Source of the DNA: Campylobacterales bacterium | GTDB taxonomy: Bacteria; Campylobacterota; Campylobacteria; Campylobacterales; Campylobacteraceae | Direction: 5' to 3' | DNA: 64,000 nt | NCBI GenBank assembly: GCA_014859645.1 | Contig: JACUTV010000001.1 | Span: forward strand, 33,823-97,822 | Part shown: positions 10,871 to 19,660 of the stretch, piece by piece | Layout of the letters: every line of letters starts with the position of its first letter | Numbering within the stretch: the first letter of the stretch is position 1 | Translations under genes and position numbers: made by a program | The notes under the pieces: generated by a model | What the model saw: only the letters and a program-made list of their open reading frames with translations | The model's database searches: none | What the model was told of the DNA's origin: nothing

Positions 10871-11012
10871 TTTAGTGACTTCTTACATAACCTACTAAAG
10901 CAAGAGTTTAAGAGTTGTGAAAGAAGTTTAATGTTGGGAAGTATAAACCTCTTGGTTAAATACAAAGTAAATATTTTTAACCTCTTAGTAAACCGCAAAC
11001 CCGCCTAAAATA

Positions 11013-11027
11013 GGCTTACATGTAAGG
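11013..11027. repeat. Palindromic motif copy GGCTTACATGTAAGG
   Basis: Exact core; htrA/cbpA divergent spacer. Confidence 0.9.
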
Positions 11028-11041
11028 AAAAAATCCCCAAA

Positions 11042-11076
11042 CTTGATTGACATAGACTAAAGTTTTATACTATAAT
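11042..11076 (+). promoter_or_regulatory. cbpA-hspR promoter (TTGACA-N18-TATAAT) overlapped by an HspR HAIR-like operator
   Basis: CTTGATT-N7-ACTAAAG at 11042..11062 matches the HAIR consensus CTTGAGT-N7-ACTCAAG at 6 of 7 positions per arm. -35 at 11047..11052, -10 at 11071..11076. Confidence 0.6.
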
Positions 11077-11115
11077 AACTATAAAACTAAGCAGCTTTAT
11101 GCCAAGGAGAAGAAG

Positions 11116-11994
11116 GTGAGTAGCAGTCTTTATGAAACACTTGGGGTGAGTCAAGATGCCCCAGCAGATGAAATCAAAAAAGCCTACAGAAGATTGGCCC
11201 GCAAGTACCATCCTGATGTCAACAAAGACGCAGGTGCGGAAGATAAATTTAAAGAAATCAACGCGGCGTACGAGATTTTAAGCGACCCCCAGAAAAAAGC
11301 CCAATACGATAGACACGGCGATAGCATGTTTGGCGGCCAAAACTTTCACGATTTTGCCCACACTCATGGCAATGGCAACTTGGATGAAATCCTGCGTAAC
11401 ATTTTTGGGCGTGGCGGTGCTAGTGGGGCGAGTTTTGGTAGTTTTGGTGGATTTAGCAATTTTGGCGGCGGATTTGAACAATTTGCGGAGCCAGATTTGG
11501 ACGTCAACGCGCGTATTACCATTCCGTTTAACGTAGCGATTTTGGGAGGAAAGCATTCGGTGTCTTATGGCGGCGAAAACTTTGATATTAAAATCCCTGC
11601 AGGTATCAAGCACGGCGAAAAAATGCGCATTAAAAACAAAGGCAAAAGCCACCAAGGCCAAAAAGGCGACCTCTTTTTGAGCGTGGAAATTGCACCAAGT
11701 CCCGAATACACCCGCGAAGGCGACGATTTGGAAAAAAACATCGATATTCCTTTAAAAACCGCCTTATTTGGAGGGAAAATCGTTGTGCCAACTTTGGAAA
11801 AAGAGATTACCCTTAAAGTAGGGCAAAACACCAAGCCCGAACAAAAATTTCGCGTTAAAGGTTACGGTGTTATCAACCGAAAATCGGGCGAAAAAGGGGA
11901 CTTGTACCTCAAGGCGTCTATCGCATTGCCCGCGATTGAGAGTTTGGATGCGGGTTTGGTCGAACTCATGAAAGAAAAATTGCCAGGAGAATAA
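11116..11994 (+). CDS. cbpA: Curved-DNA-binding DnaJ-like co-chaperone CbpA
   Basis: GTG start 6 nt after AAGGAG; J domain with HPD (KYHPDVNK); G/F-rich linker; no zinc-finger region. Confidence 0.9.
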   Translation: MSSSLYETLGVSQDAPADEIKKAYRRLARKYHPDVNKDAGAEDKFKEINAAYEILSDPQKKAQYDRHGDSMFGGQNFHDFAHTHGNGNLDEILRNIFGRGGASGASFGSFGGFSNFGGGFEQFAEPDLDVNARITIPFNVAILGGKHSVSYGGENFDIKIPAGIKHGEKMRIKNKGKSHQGQKGDLFLSVEIAPSPEYTREGDDLEKNIDIPLKTALFGGKIVVPTLEKEITLKVGQNTKPEQKFRVKGYGVINRKSGEKGDLYLKASIALPAIESLDAGLVELMKEKLPGE

Positions 11995-11995
11995 C

Positions 11996-12370
11996 ATGCA
12001 TACCTACGATGAGCCCGTGTATCTGATTAGTGTGGTGGCCAAGGTGTTGAGCATTCACCCTCAAACCTTGCGTCAGTACGAACGCGAAGGGCTTGTGTTG
12101 CCTTCTCGAACGGATGGTAAAATGCGTTTATATTCTCAGCGTGACATTGACCGCATCAAGATGATTTTGCGCCTTACCCGTGATTTGGGTGTGAATCTCG
12201 CGGGCGTGGATGTGGTGTTGCAACTTAAAGAAAAAATAGACGAGTATGAAATGGTCATTGAAGAGTTGCGCGTGGAAGTTTCCAAGGTGAATCAACGCGG
12301 TACCGTCCCTCCTCAAAACTCCCTCGTCAAACGAAAAAATACCTACGAAATCATTCTGTTTGGCGAATAA
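11996..12370 (+). CDS. hspR: MerR-family heat-shock repressor HspR
   Basis: 124 aa; MerR helix-turn-helix YLISVVAKVLSIHPQTLRQYEREGLV; follows cbpA as in Helicobacter and Campylobacter. Confidence 0.9.
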   Translation: MHTYDEPVYLISVVAKVLSIHPQTLRQYEREGLVLPSRTDGKMRLYSQRDIDRIKMILRLTRDLGVNLAGVDVVLQLKEKIDEYEMVIEELRVEVSKVNQRGTVPPQNSLVKRKNTYEIILFGE

Positions 12371-12373
12371 CGC

Positions 12374-13984
12374 ATGGAATCGTTTCTAGGTATTTTTTTA
12401 ATCGCCGTGGCGTTGGCTGTGGCGCTAAATGTACTGTTGAAACGGTTTAACATTCCCACTATCATCGGCTATATCGCAACGGGCGCCGTGATTGCGCAAG
12501 TGTTTGATTTGCACGGCAACGCAGATTTGACTCAAGTGGCCGAGTTTGGCATCGTCTTTTTGATGTTTACCATTGGGCTCGAATTTTCCATCAAACATTT
12601 CATTGCCATGAAAAAAGAAGTCTTCGTAAATGGCTTTTTCCAAGTGGCCATTAGCGGTGGCGTCTATTCTCTTGGGGCGCAGTATCTGTTTGGCATCGAG
12701 CAAAAAAGTGCCATTATCATTGGCTTTGCGCTAGCCCTTTCTTCCACGGCTATTGTACTAAAAGTGTTAAATGACAGCGGCGATATTCACACGACCTATG
12801 GACGAAAATCCCTAGGGATTTTACTCTTTCAAGATATCGCTGTGATTCCTCTTTTGTTGATGATTACGATTTTTAGCGCCAAAACGACCTCTCTTGGTGC
12901 GTTGTTGCAAGAGACACTCATTAGCGCGGTGATTGTATTGCTGTTGTTATTTATCGTGGGAAAATACCTTCTCAATCATCTCCTCTTACATGTAGTGGCC
13001 ACAGACTCGGAAGAAACCTTTGTGGCAACCATTTTGTTTTTGGTCATTGGGGCCTCCTATTTGGCCCATGCTTTTGGGTTTTCGTACTCGTTGGGCGCGT
13101 TTATCGCTGGGATGATGATTGCGGAGACAAAGTTTAAGTACCAGATTGAAGCGGATTTGATTCCTTTTCGCGATTTACTCTTGGGGTTGTTTTTCATTAC
13201 CGTGGGGCTTCAGGTGGATGTGGCGGTATTGGCGGCTTATTGGGGTGTGATTTTTGGAGTAATCGTTGCCGTGATGGTGCTCAAAGCGGTGATTATTTTT
13301 GGGATTTTGCGCGTCTATCAAAACCGCCGCATCGCTCTACAAACCGCCATCAGCCTCTCGCAAGTTGGGGAGTTTTCGCTGGCGGTGTTTGAGTTAGCGC
13401 GTGCTAATTCCATCATCCCGCCACACATGGCGCAAGTGCTGATTATGATGGTTGTTGTGTCCATGTTACTCACCCCTTTTATCTTGCGCCATGTGCGACG
13501 TCTTGCCGATATTTTGGCTCCTGCGACCTTTGCCGATGAGTACCGTGTGGTTTCTTCGGAAGTAAAAGACCACATCGTAGTGTGTGGGTATGGAAAACTG
13601 GGGCAAGAGATTGTCTACCGCCTTAAAAAGCGCAACATTCCTTACTTGGTCATTGAACACGACATTAGCTTGGTGCAGTTAGGACGCACGCGCAATGAGC
13701 CTGTTTTTTTTGGCAATGCTAGCCACAAAAGCATCCTTGAAGCCGCTTCCGTGGGAACGTCTGCGGCGGTGATTGTGGCGATACACAACGAGCACAAGCT
13801 GCGTTTGATATGTGAAGCCATCAAAGGCTTTAAGGCTTCTATCAATCTCGTCGTGCGGGTGGCGGATTTTGAAGAGAAGAAGTTGATAGAAAGCCTTGAA
13901 GTAGGGCATATCGTAAATGAGGGGAGAGAAACTGCCAAGGCTCTCATCCACGAAGCACTGCAGTGTCGCGTACAATCATCCTAG
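12374..13984 (+). CDS. kefB: Kef-type monovalent cation:proton antiporter with TrkA-N domain
   Basis: 536 aa; about 12 TM helices followed by a Rossmann motif VVCGYGKLGQ. Confidence 0.85.
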   Translation: MESFLGIFLIAVALAVALNVLLKRFNIPTIIGYIATGAVIAQVFDLHGNADLTQVAEFGIVFLMFTIGLEFSIKHFIAMKKEVFVNGFFQVAISGGVYSLGAQYLFGIEQKSAIIIGFALALSSTAIVLKVLNDSGDIHTTYGRKSLGILLFQDIAVIPLLLMITIFSAKTTSLGALLQETLISAVIVLLLLFIVGKYLLNHLLLHVVATDSEETFVATILFLVIGASYLAHAFGFSYSLGAFIAGMMIAETKFKYQIEADLIPFRDLLLGLFFITVGLQVDVAVLAAYWGVIFGVIVAVMVLKAVIIFGILRVYQNRRIALQTAISLSQVGEFSLAVFELARANSIIPPHMAQVLIMMVVVSMLLTPFILRHVRRLADILAPATFADEYRVVSSEVKDHIVVCGYGKLGQEIVYRLKKRNIPYLVIEHDISLVQLGRTRNEPVFFGNASHKSILEAASVGTSAAVIVAIHNEHKLRLICEAIKGFKASINLVVRVADFEEKKLIESLEVGHIVNEGRETAKALIHEALQCRVQSS

Positions 13985-15180
13985 GCGGTTGTCAAAAATG
14001 CACTTGCTTTAAGGTCTAGACATAAAATCTGCTCACGCCCGTCTTTTTTAAACACCTGCGCAAAGGTGCGGCACATAGCACCAGAAGCTTGAGAGATGTA
14101 TTTTTGACTCAAGAAGTTTTTGCGCTGAGACTCTTTGGTAATGTAAAAATACTCTTTAAGTGCGTGATTATCCCCTTCTTTGGCAGGCTGAAAGAAACAG
14201 CCTCCTGAGATGTCGATGATGGTTTCGCCAATTTGCAAGCCTGTGGTCGCGTCGATGCGGTAAATGGCTTCTAAGTCTTCTGCTTGGTGAAGGTACGCGC
14301 GCAAGTCTTGGGGTGTGCTTGTGGAGATTTTTTCGATGATGGTGTGGGCGTGCTTGGTGGCAATGTGAATGAGGCGTGTTTTTTTATGCAAACTCATTTT
14401 TGCGCGCTCCGAGTGGATACTGCCCACATGTTGGATTTTTTCAAATAACAGCGGCGAGGGGGCGAAAGTAGGGGAAGGTTTTGCAAACCAGAAGCCTTGG
14501 AAAATGTCCACATCAAACCGCAAGGCTTTTAAAATCTCTTCCTCAGACTCCACCCCTTCGCACAAGACAAGGGCGCCGATATTAAAACACATATTGGTGA
14601 TGGCTTTTAAAACCTCTTGATGGATGAAGTTTTGATGCAGGTTGAAGACTAAAGAGCGGTCAAGCTTGACGATGTTGGGGCGCACGATGGCAAGGCGGTC
14701 AAAGGTCGAACTTCCCGCGCCAAAGTCATCTAGGGCGATGATAAACCCTAAGTCACGGTAATGCTCACAAAAGAGTTTTAAATGGTGGCTGTTTTGCACC
14801 TCGTCTTCTTTAATCTCAAGGACAATGCTGCGCGGTGGAATGCCAAGTTCCGCCGCGATTTTGTCAAACTCAAAGGCCTCAAAATCAATCTTTTGGTCTA
14901 AGAGATGAGACTCAAAATTGAGAAACAAAAACAATCCTGTGTCGGCTTGGTAGTGAGGCACAAAGGCTTGAAGGGCTTTTTTGCGGACAAACTTATCAAG
15001 TTCAAAAGAAGCCCCTTCTTTTTTGGCTTGGCTAAATAAAAAACTTGGTGCGATAAATTCACCTTGTTCATCATAGGCGCGCGTAAGTGCTTCAAGTCCG
15101 ATGACTTTGGTATGGCGAATAGAGACAATGGGTTGAAAAAAGATACGAATGCTATCGGCTTCGATGAGCGCTGTGACCAT
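13981..15180 (-). CDS. EAL-domain phosphodiesterase with C-terminal Cache/PAS-like domain
   Basis: EAL motif GLEALTR and DDFGAG present; the C-terminal 150 aa resemble a Cache-type sensor. Start moved to ATG 15180 (MVTALIEAD), which has GAAGGAA 5 nt upstream; ATG 15228 has no SD. Confidence 0.8.
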   Translation of the reverse strand: MVTALIEADSIRIFFQPIVSIRHTKVIGLEALTRAYDEQGEFIAPSFLFSQAKKEGASFELDKFVRKKALQAFVPHYQADTGLFLFLNFESHLLDQKIDFEAFEFDKIAAELGIPPRSIVLEIKEDEVQNSHHLKLFCEHYRDLGFIIALDDFGAGSSTFDRLAIVRPNIVKLDRSLVFNLHQNFIHQEVLKAITNMCFNIGALVLCEGVESEEEILKALRFDVDIFQGFWFAKPSPTFAPSPLLFEKIQHVGSIHSERAKMSLHKKTRLIHIATKHAHTIIEKISTSTPQDLRAYLHQAEDLEAIYRIDATTGLQIGETIIDISGGCFFQPAKEGDNHALKEYFYITKESQRKNFLSQKYISQASGAMCRTFAQVFKKDGREQILCLDLKASAFLTTA

Positions 15181-15253
15181 GGTGATTCCTTCTAAAAGGG
15201 TCAATTTTAACACAATGATGCTAGTCATGTTGGTTGTTTTTTAAACAACAACG

Positions 15254-15267
15254 CCTTACATGTAAGG
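15254..15267. repeat. Palindromic motif copy CCTTACATGTAAGG
   Basis: Perfect 14-bp palindrome in the spacer between the EAL gene and truC. Confidence 0.9.
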
Positions 15268-15382
15268 TTTTTAACCATCAGGCACACGCTAAAACGTTGG
15301 TATCAATATGTTAAAACAGTATTGTAATGCATACCATTACTTATAGGAAATGCTTCAAAAAAACCCTGAAAGAGGATTTTGT

Positions 15383-15391
15383 TGCTACAAT
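15383..15391 (+). promoter_or_regulatory. Extended -10 element TGcTACAAT upstream of truC
   Basis: Located 39 nt upstream of ATG 15430. Confidence 0.4.
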
Positions 15392-15429
15392 GCCAAGGAA
15401 AAAAATCGTGTTGATTGTTTGGAGCACTA

Positions 15430-16179
15430 ATGTGGGCAAATAAAGAACTAGAAATCCTCTACCGTGATGAGCATCTTGTAGCGGTCAATAAGCCTAGTGG
15501 GCTACTCGTGCACAAGTCGATGATTGACCGCCATGAGCGATTTTTCGCCATGCAAATGGTGCGTGACCAACTAGGCCAACATGTGTTTCCTGTGCATCGG
15601 CTCGATAAGCCCACTTCTGGGGTGTTGCTTTTTGCCCTTGACGCGGCCACCGCAAGAGCTCTTGGGGAACAATTCATGGAGCACCATCCTCAAAAAACCT
15701 ACCTTGCCATCGTGCGTGGTTTTGTGAACGAAGCGGGAGTTGTGGACTATCCTTTGCGAGAAAAGTTGGACAAAATCGCCGACAAACACGCGCGCCAAGA
15801 CAAAGAAGCCCAAGAAGCCATCACGGCGTTTGCGCCTTTGGCAAGGGTGGAGCTTGCCCACGCAGTAGGAGGCTTTCAAACGGTGCGGTATTCGCTAGTG
15901 GAGCTAAACCCTCAAACGGGCAGAAAACACCAATTGCGCCGTCACATGAAGCACCTTTCACACCCCATCTTAGGGGACACAAAATACGGACGCGGCGAAC
16001 ACAACCAGTTCGCAAGGGAACATTACGGATGCCACCGCTTGTTGTTGCATGCGTCACATTTGACTTTCACACATCCTTATACTAACGAGACGCTTTTGGT
16101 GCGCGCTGGAGTGGATGGGATGTTCCAAAAAGTGTGTGAGATGAACGGTTGGCACGAGGTGCTAGAGCCTTACATGTAA
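15430..16179 (+). CDS. truC: RluA-family tRNA pseudouridine synthase (TruC-like)
   Basis: LEILYRDEHLVAVNKPSGLLVH and HRLDKPTSG motifs; start set at ATG 15430, 5 nt after GGAG; its stop codon lies inside a TTACATGTAA copy. Confidence 0.8.
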   Translation: MWANKELEILYRDEHLVAVNKPSGLLVHKSMIDRHERFFAMQMVRDQLGQHVFPVHRLDKPTSGVLLFALDAATARALGEQFMEHHPQKTYLAIVRGFVNEAGVVDYPLREKLDKIADKHARQDKEAQEAITAFAPLARVELAHAVGGFQTVRYSLVELNPQTGRKHQLRRHMKHLSHPILGDTKYGRGEHNQFAREHYGCHRLLLHASHLTFTHPYTNETLLVRAGVDGMFQKVCEMNGWHEVLEPYM

Positions 16180-16187
16180 GGCTCTAG
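16162..16187. repeat. 26-bp perfect palindrome CTAGAGCCTTACATGTAAGGCTCTAG
   Basis: Centred on the motif; contains the truC stop codon (YM-stop); possible terminator hairpin. Confidence 0.9.
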
Positions 16188-16225
16188 GCGATGAATGTGT
16201 GTTGTTTGGGAGAGTTGTTGTGGCG

Positions 16226-16239
16226 CCTTACATGTAAGG
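16226..16239. repeat. Palindromic motif copy CCTTACATGTAAGG
   Basis: Perfect 14-mer, 1 nt from the cysK stop. Confidence 0.9.
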
Positions 16240-16240
16240 G

Positions 16241-17149
16241 TTATTCGTACAAAACAGTGCTTAAGTAGCGCTCTCCCGTGTCGCACAAAATAGTCACGAT
16301 GGTTTTACCTGGATGTTGTTTTGCCAGTTGCGCGCTTGCCCATACATTGGCACCCGCTGAAATGCCCACAAGCAAGCCTTCTTTTTGGGCTAAATTACGT
16401 GAAGTTTCCACCGCATCTTCAAAGGAAACTTGGATAATCTCATCGTAAATCGTGGTGTCTAGCACATCAGGCACAAAGCCTGCGCCAATGCCTTGAATCT
16501 TGTGTGGCCCTGGGTTCCCACCGCTTAACACAGGCGAAAGATTGGGCTCAACAGCAATGATTTTGATGTTAGGATTGCGCGCTTTGAGTGCTTTTCCCAC
16601 ACCCGTAATCGTGCCTCCTGTACCCACAGCCGCTACAAGGATGTCTACTTTTCCCTCCGTGTCTTCCCAGATTTCTTTAGCCGTTGTGGTTTCGTGGATG
16701 GCGGGGTTTGCAGGGTTTGCAAACTGTTGGGGTACATAAGAATTGGGCGTAGTAAGGGCTAATTCTTTGGCTTTTTCCACCGCTCCTTTCATGCCAAATT
16801 CGGGTTCAGTGAGAACCAGTTCTGCGCCAAGTGCTTTAAGAAGCTTGCGCCGCTCGATGCTCATGGAACTTGGCATAGTAAGGGTGAGTTTAAGCCCAAG
16901 AGAGGCGCACACCATCGCAAGGCCAATGCCCGTGTTGCCACTGGTGGGTTCGATGATGCTAGTGTTTTTGTCGATTTTTCCTGCATCAATCCCCGCTTTT
17001 ACCATGCTGTAAGCGATGCGGTCTTTGACCGAGTGGCTAGGGTTTAAAAACTCGCATTTGCCAAGAATCGTGGCGTGGGTGCTCACATGGTTGAGTTTCA
17101 ACAAAGGGGTGTTGCCGATAAGTTCTGTAATATTGGATGCAATAGGCAT
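16241..17149 (-). CDS. cysK: Cysteine synthase A (O-acetylserine sulfhydrylase)
   Basis: 302 aa; PLP lysine motif [21 protein letters not shown]. Confidence 0.93.
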   Translation of the reverse strand: MPIASNITELIGNTPLLKLNHVSTHATILGKCEFLNPSHSVKDRIAYSMVKAGIDAGKIDKNTSIIEPTSGNTGIGLAMVCASLGLKLTLTMPSSMSIERRKLLKALGAELVLTEPEFGMKGAVEKAKELALTTPNSYVPQQFANPANPAIHETTTAKEIWEDTEGKVDILVAAVGTGGTITGVGKALKARNPNIKIIAVEPNLSPVLSGGNPGPHKIQGIGAGFVPDVLDTTIYDEIIQVSFEDAVETSRNLAQKEGLLVGISAGANVWASAQLAKQHPGKTIVTILCDTGERYLSTVLYE

Positions 17150-17159
17150 GGTTGTTCCT

Positions 17160-17573
17160 TTAAATAGTGTAATGAAGTTGGCCCAAAAGGCGCTCGTGAT
17201 ACTGCTGTAATTCCGAAAGAGGAAGGTTGAAAATCTCCACCAACCGCTCGTGACACGTTTCGTAAAACAAGGCTAGCGGGTCGTTTTGACCCCCTTGGTT
17301 GAGGATTTGAAGTTCTCCTTCTAGCACCTCCAAAATCTCTCCCACGATGATAGCTTCTGCGGGCTTGGCAAGGTGATACCCGCCATGGGCACCACGAATG
17401 CTTTCTACTAAACCCGCACGGCGCAACACGCTAAGGAGTTGTTCGAGGTAATTTTGAGACAAGCCAGTTTTAGCGGCGATGTATTTAATCTGCACGGGTG
17501 TGTTTTCCTGCGCAAGAGAGAGTTCGTACATGGCGCGAAGTCCGTACGCGCCTTTGGATGAAATGAGTGCCAT
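17160..17573 (-). CDS. Rrf2-family transcriptional regulator (CymR-like, no Fe-S cysteine triad seen)
   Basis: 137 aa; N-terminal [14 protein letters not shown] and winged HTH; lies between metY and cysK. Confidence 0.85.
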   Translation of the reverse strand: MALISSKGAYGLRAMYELSLAQENTPVQIKYIAAKTGLSQNYLEQLLSVLRRAGLVESIRGAHGGYHLAKPAEAIIVGEILEVLEGELQILNQGGQNDPLALFYETCHERLVEIFNLPLSELQQYHERLLGQLHYTI

Positions 17574-17576
17574 AAA

Positions 17577-18839
17577 TTATCCTAATACCGACGCAAGGTC
17601 GTTGATGAGATCATCGCTGTTTTCCAAGCCAATACTTAGGCGAATCACACGGTTGTTGACCCCTGAAGCTTCCAAATCAACAGCGGAAACTTGCTGGTGC
17701 GTGGTGCTTGCAGGGTGGGTGATGAGCGACTTGGAATCTCCAATGTTGACCACCACGCTAAAGAGTTTGGTTTCGTTGACGAGGCGTTTGGCCAGCTCTT
17801 CGCTTTCAAGTTCTACGTGAATGAGCCCCGAAGCAAGGGGGAGTTTAAAGTAGCGGTTGAGTTTGGTGTGGTGCGCGTCGCTGTGAAGCCCTGGATAGCC
17901 CACTAGGGTCACACTAGGGTGTTCGTGGAGGTATTGGGCTACTTTTAAAGCACTCTCGCTGTGGGCTTTGATGCGCACAAAAAGGGTTTCAAGGCCTTGA
18001 ATGAGGAGCCACGAATTAAACGGTGAGATGGCTGCTCCGATGTCACGAATGAGCGACAAGCGGGTGCGTAGGGTGAACAGTGGAAAAGGAAGTTGCGCGT
18101 ACACAAGACCGTGATAACTCTCGTCGGGTTCGTTAAATTGCGGGTAGCGCGGGTTGTTGATGAGCAAATCATTCAGCCCGTTACGTTCTACAATAATGCC
18201 ACCGATAGCCGTGCCTTGACCGTTGATGTATTTGCTAGCGCTGTGAACTACCACATCGACGCCCAGGCTAAGAGGTTGGCACAAAATGGGCGTGGCAACA
18301 GTGTTGTCGCAAACGGTCACGACGCCGTATTTTTGGGCGATACCCACGATGGTGTCAAACGCACTGATGGAAATGTGAGGGTTGGAGAGGGATTCAAAGA
18401 AAATCGCTTTCGTAGAAGCGTCAATTAACCCTTCTAAATCCTCCGCCTTGTCGCTGTCAAAGAGTCTTGCAGTGACGCCAAACTGTTTAAAGGTGTGGGT
18501 CAAAAGGGTGGTAGCGCCCCCGTAGATTTTCTTTGCCACAAGGATGTTGTCGCCCGCTTTAGCAAGGTTGGCGATGGCGTAAAAAATGGCAGATTGGCCA
18601 CTTGCCGTTGCAAGGGCAGCAGCACCTGCTTCAAGGGCCGCCATGCGTGCTTCTAAAATCTCGGTGGTAGGGTTGTTGAGGCGCGTGTAGATGGGCCCAA
18701 GTTCTCGAAGAGCAAAACGGTTAGCAGCGGTTTCAAGACTGCCAAAATCATACGCCGTGGTTTGATAAAGGGGAACCGCCATAGCCCCAAAGGCTGCTTT
18801 ATCGTACCCTGCGTGAAGTGCTTGTGTTTCTTGCGTCAT
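17577..18839 (-). CDS. metY: O-acetylhomoserine sulfhydrylase
   Basis: PLP-dependent Cys/Met metabolism family (SASKYINGQG). Start set at ATG 18839 (MTQETQALHAGY) because a TTGACA-N17-TATACT promoter lies inside the longer ORF. Confidence 0.9.
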   Translation of the reverse strand: MTQETQALHAGYDKAAFGAMAVPLYQTTAYDFGSLETAANRFALRELGPIYTRLNNPTTEILEARMAALEAGAAALATASGQSAIFYAIANLAKAGDNILVAKKIYGGATTLLTHTFKQFGVTARLFDSDKAEDLEGLIDASTKAIFFESLSNPHISISAFDTIVGIAQKYGVVTVCDNTVATPILCQPLSLGVDVVVHSASKYINGQGTAIGGIIVERNGLNDLLINNPRYPQFNEPDESYHGLVYAQLPFPLFTLRTRLSLIRDIGAAISPFNSWLLIQGLETLFVRIKAHSESALKVAQYLHEHPSVTLVGYPGLHSDAHHTKLNRYFKLPLASGLIHVELESEELAKRLVNETKLFSVVVNIGDSKSLITHPASTTHQQVSAVDLEASGVNNRVIRLSIGLENSDDLINDLASVLG

Positions 18840-18876
18840 TTGGCTTCCTTTGTCTAAAAATTGAAATCTTAATGGC

Positions 18877-18905
18877 AGTATAGTGAAGTTTTTGGGTAAT
18901 GTCAA
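18877..18905 (-). promoter_or_regulatory. metY operon promoter TTGACA-N17-TATACT
   Basis: On the minus strand, -35 at 18905..18900 and -10 at 18882..18877; the leader is about 30 nt to ATG 18839. Confidence 0.55.
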
Positions 18906-18960
18906 GTAAATTAATAAGAGTAGTCAAGATTAAGCAGAAGAAGACGGCAAAGCCAGTGAA

Positions 18961-18969
18961 TGGTATAAT
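18961..18969 (+). promoter_or_regulatory. Extended -10 element TGgTATAAT
   Basis: Upstream of ORF 19012; TTACATGTAA follows 11 nt downstream. Confidence 0.35.
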
Positions 18970-18977
18970 GCGCAATA

Positions 18978-18990
18978 CCCTTACATGTAA
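18978..18990. repeat. Palindromic motif copy CCCTTACATGTAA
   Basis: Exact core, 11 nt downstream of an extended -10 box. Confidence 0.85.
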
Positions 18991-19011
18991 CACATCAAAA
19001 GGCACATAACC

Positions 19012-19377
19012 TTGAAACCCTTTCATATACAAGAAAAAGAACAGCGTGTAAAGTACGTGCGCGCCTTAGAGCGGTTCGTAAAATCAGCCGCAGCACTGTT
19101 GAAACGCGAAGATTTTGACTACGCACTTTTCGTGGTGAGGATGCAAAAAAACTACACCGTGCTGAGCAAAGTGCCGTGTGTTGGCCTTGACTCTCCCTAT
19201 ACGCGTGCATTAGAAGAATACGTGAACCTCATCCTAGGAACCATCGGAAAAGAGAGTGAGCCAGAGGCCGCGTGGGAACTGTTACTAAAAGAAGCCAACG
19301 CCATACAAAAGCTCAAAACAAGCAGTAGCTATAAAAAGAGTAAACACCGCTCAGCAATGTATAATGATGGGTATTAA
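19012..19377 (+). CDS. Hypothetical protein
   Basis: 121-aa ORF with TTG start and weak SD; balanced composition; no family recognised. Confidence 0.4.
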   Translation: MKPFHIQEKEQRVKYVRALERFVKSAAALLKREDFDYALFVVRMQKNYTVLSKVPCVGLDSPYTRALEEYVNLILGTIGKESEPEAAWELLLKEANAIQKLKTSSSYKKSKHRSAMYNDGY

Positions 19378-19628
19378 TGAGTACATAAAATAATACATAT
19401 TTTTTTATGTAAAGTGCCATTTTGTGGGATTTTTTGCCCTAAAATCATGAACACTTTTTTAAAAAATAACGCGTGTGCTGGTGAAAAAAAGCATAAGAAA
19501 GTCGGGATATATTTACCAAATATTCAGACAATCACGCTAAGGTTTTCGTGGACATTTTTGTTGCATTTTCCCTTTTCTTAAGCCATCAGCCATGGTACGG
19601 TCTTTTTTGGGTAACGCAAGATTTGATG

Positions 19629-19637
19629 TGCTATAAT
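19629..19637 (+). promoter_or_regulatory. Extended -10 element TGcTATAAT
   Basis: 24 nt upstream of ATG 19661. Confidence 0.4.
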
Positions 19638-19660
19638 CCACCCTTTCATAATGGAGATAC

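Noticed and set aside
16173-16178. The ATG-TAA start-stop mini-ORF present in every motif copy, as a translated regulatory element.
   Set aside because: The sequence 5-prime of the ATG is CCTTAC or CTTTAC with no SD, so ribosome loading is unlikely. It is kept only as a remote possibility.
18840-18905. N-terminal extensions offered by the ORF track for metY (and similarly cprR, proS, hemC, icd, hypB, the marC-family gene, the OYE gene and the TetR gene).
   Set aside because: The extensions contain promoter elements, or lack an SD, while an internal start has a good SD and matches the usual family N-terminus.
18840-18960. Possible SAM or T-box riboswitch upstream of metY.
   Set aside because: The predicted promoter leaves only about a 30-nt leader, too short for a riboswitch, and no conserved riboswitch motifs were seen.
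19394-19411. TACAT-atttttttt-free form: TACAT, an 8-nt attttttt spacer, then ATGTAAAG, resembling a motif split by an insertion. Also near-variants GCATGTAAAAGC at 43322 and 45619, and TTACATAA at 10893.
   Set aside because: These are not exact, so they were not counted. They may be decayed copies or chance matches.
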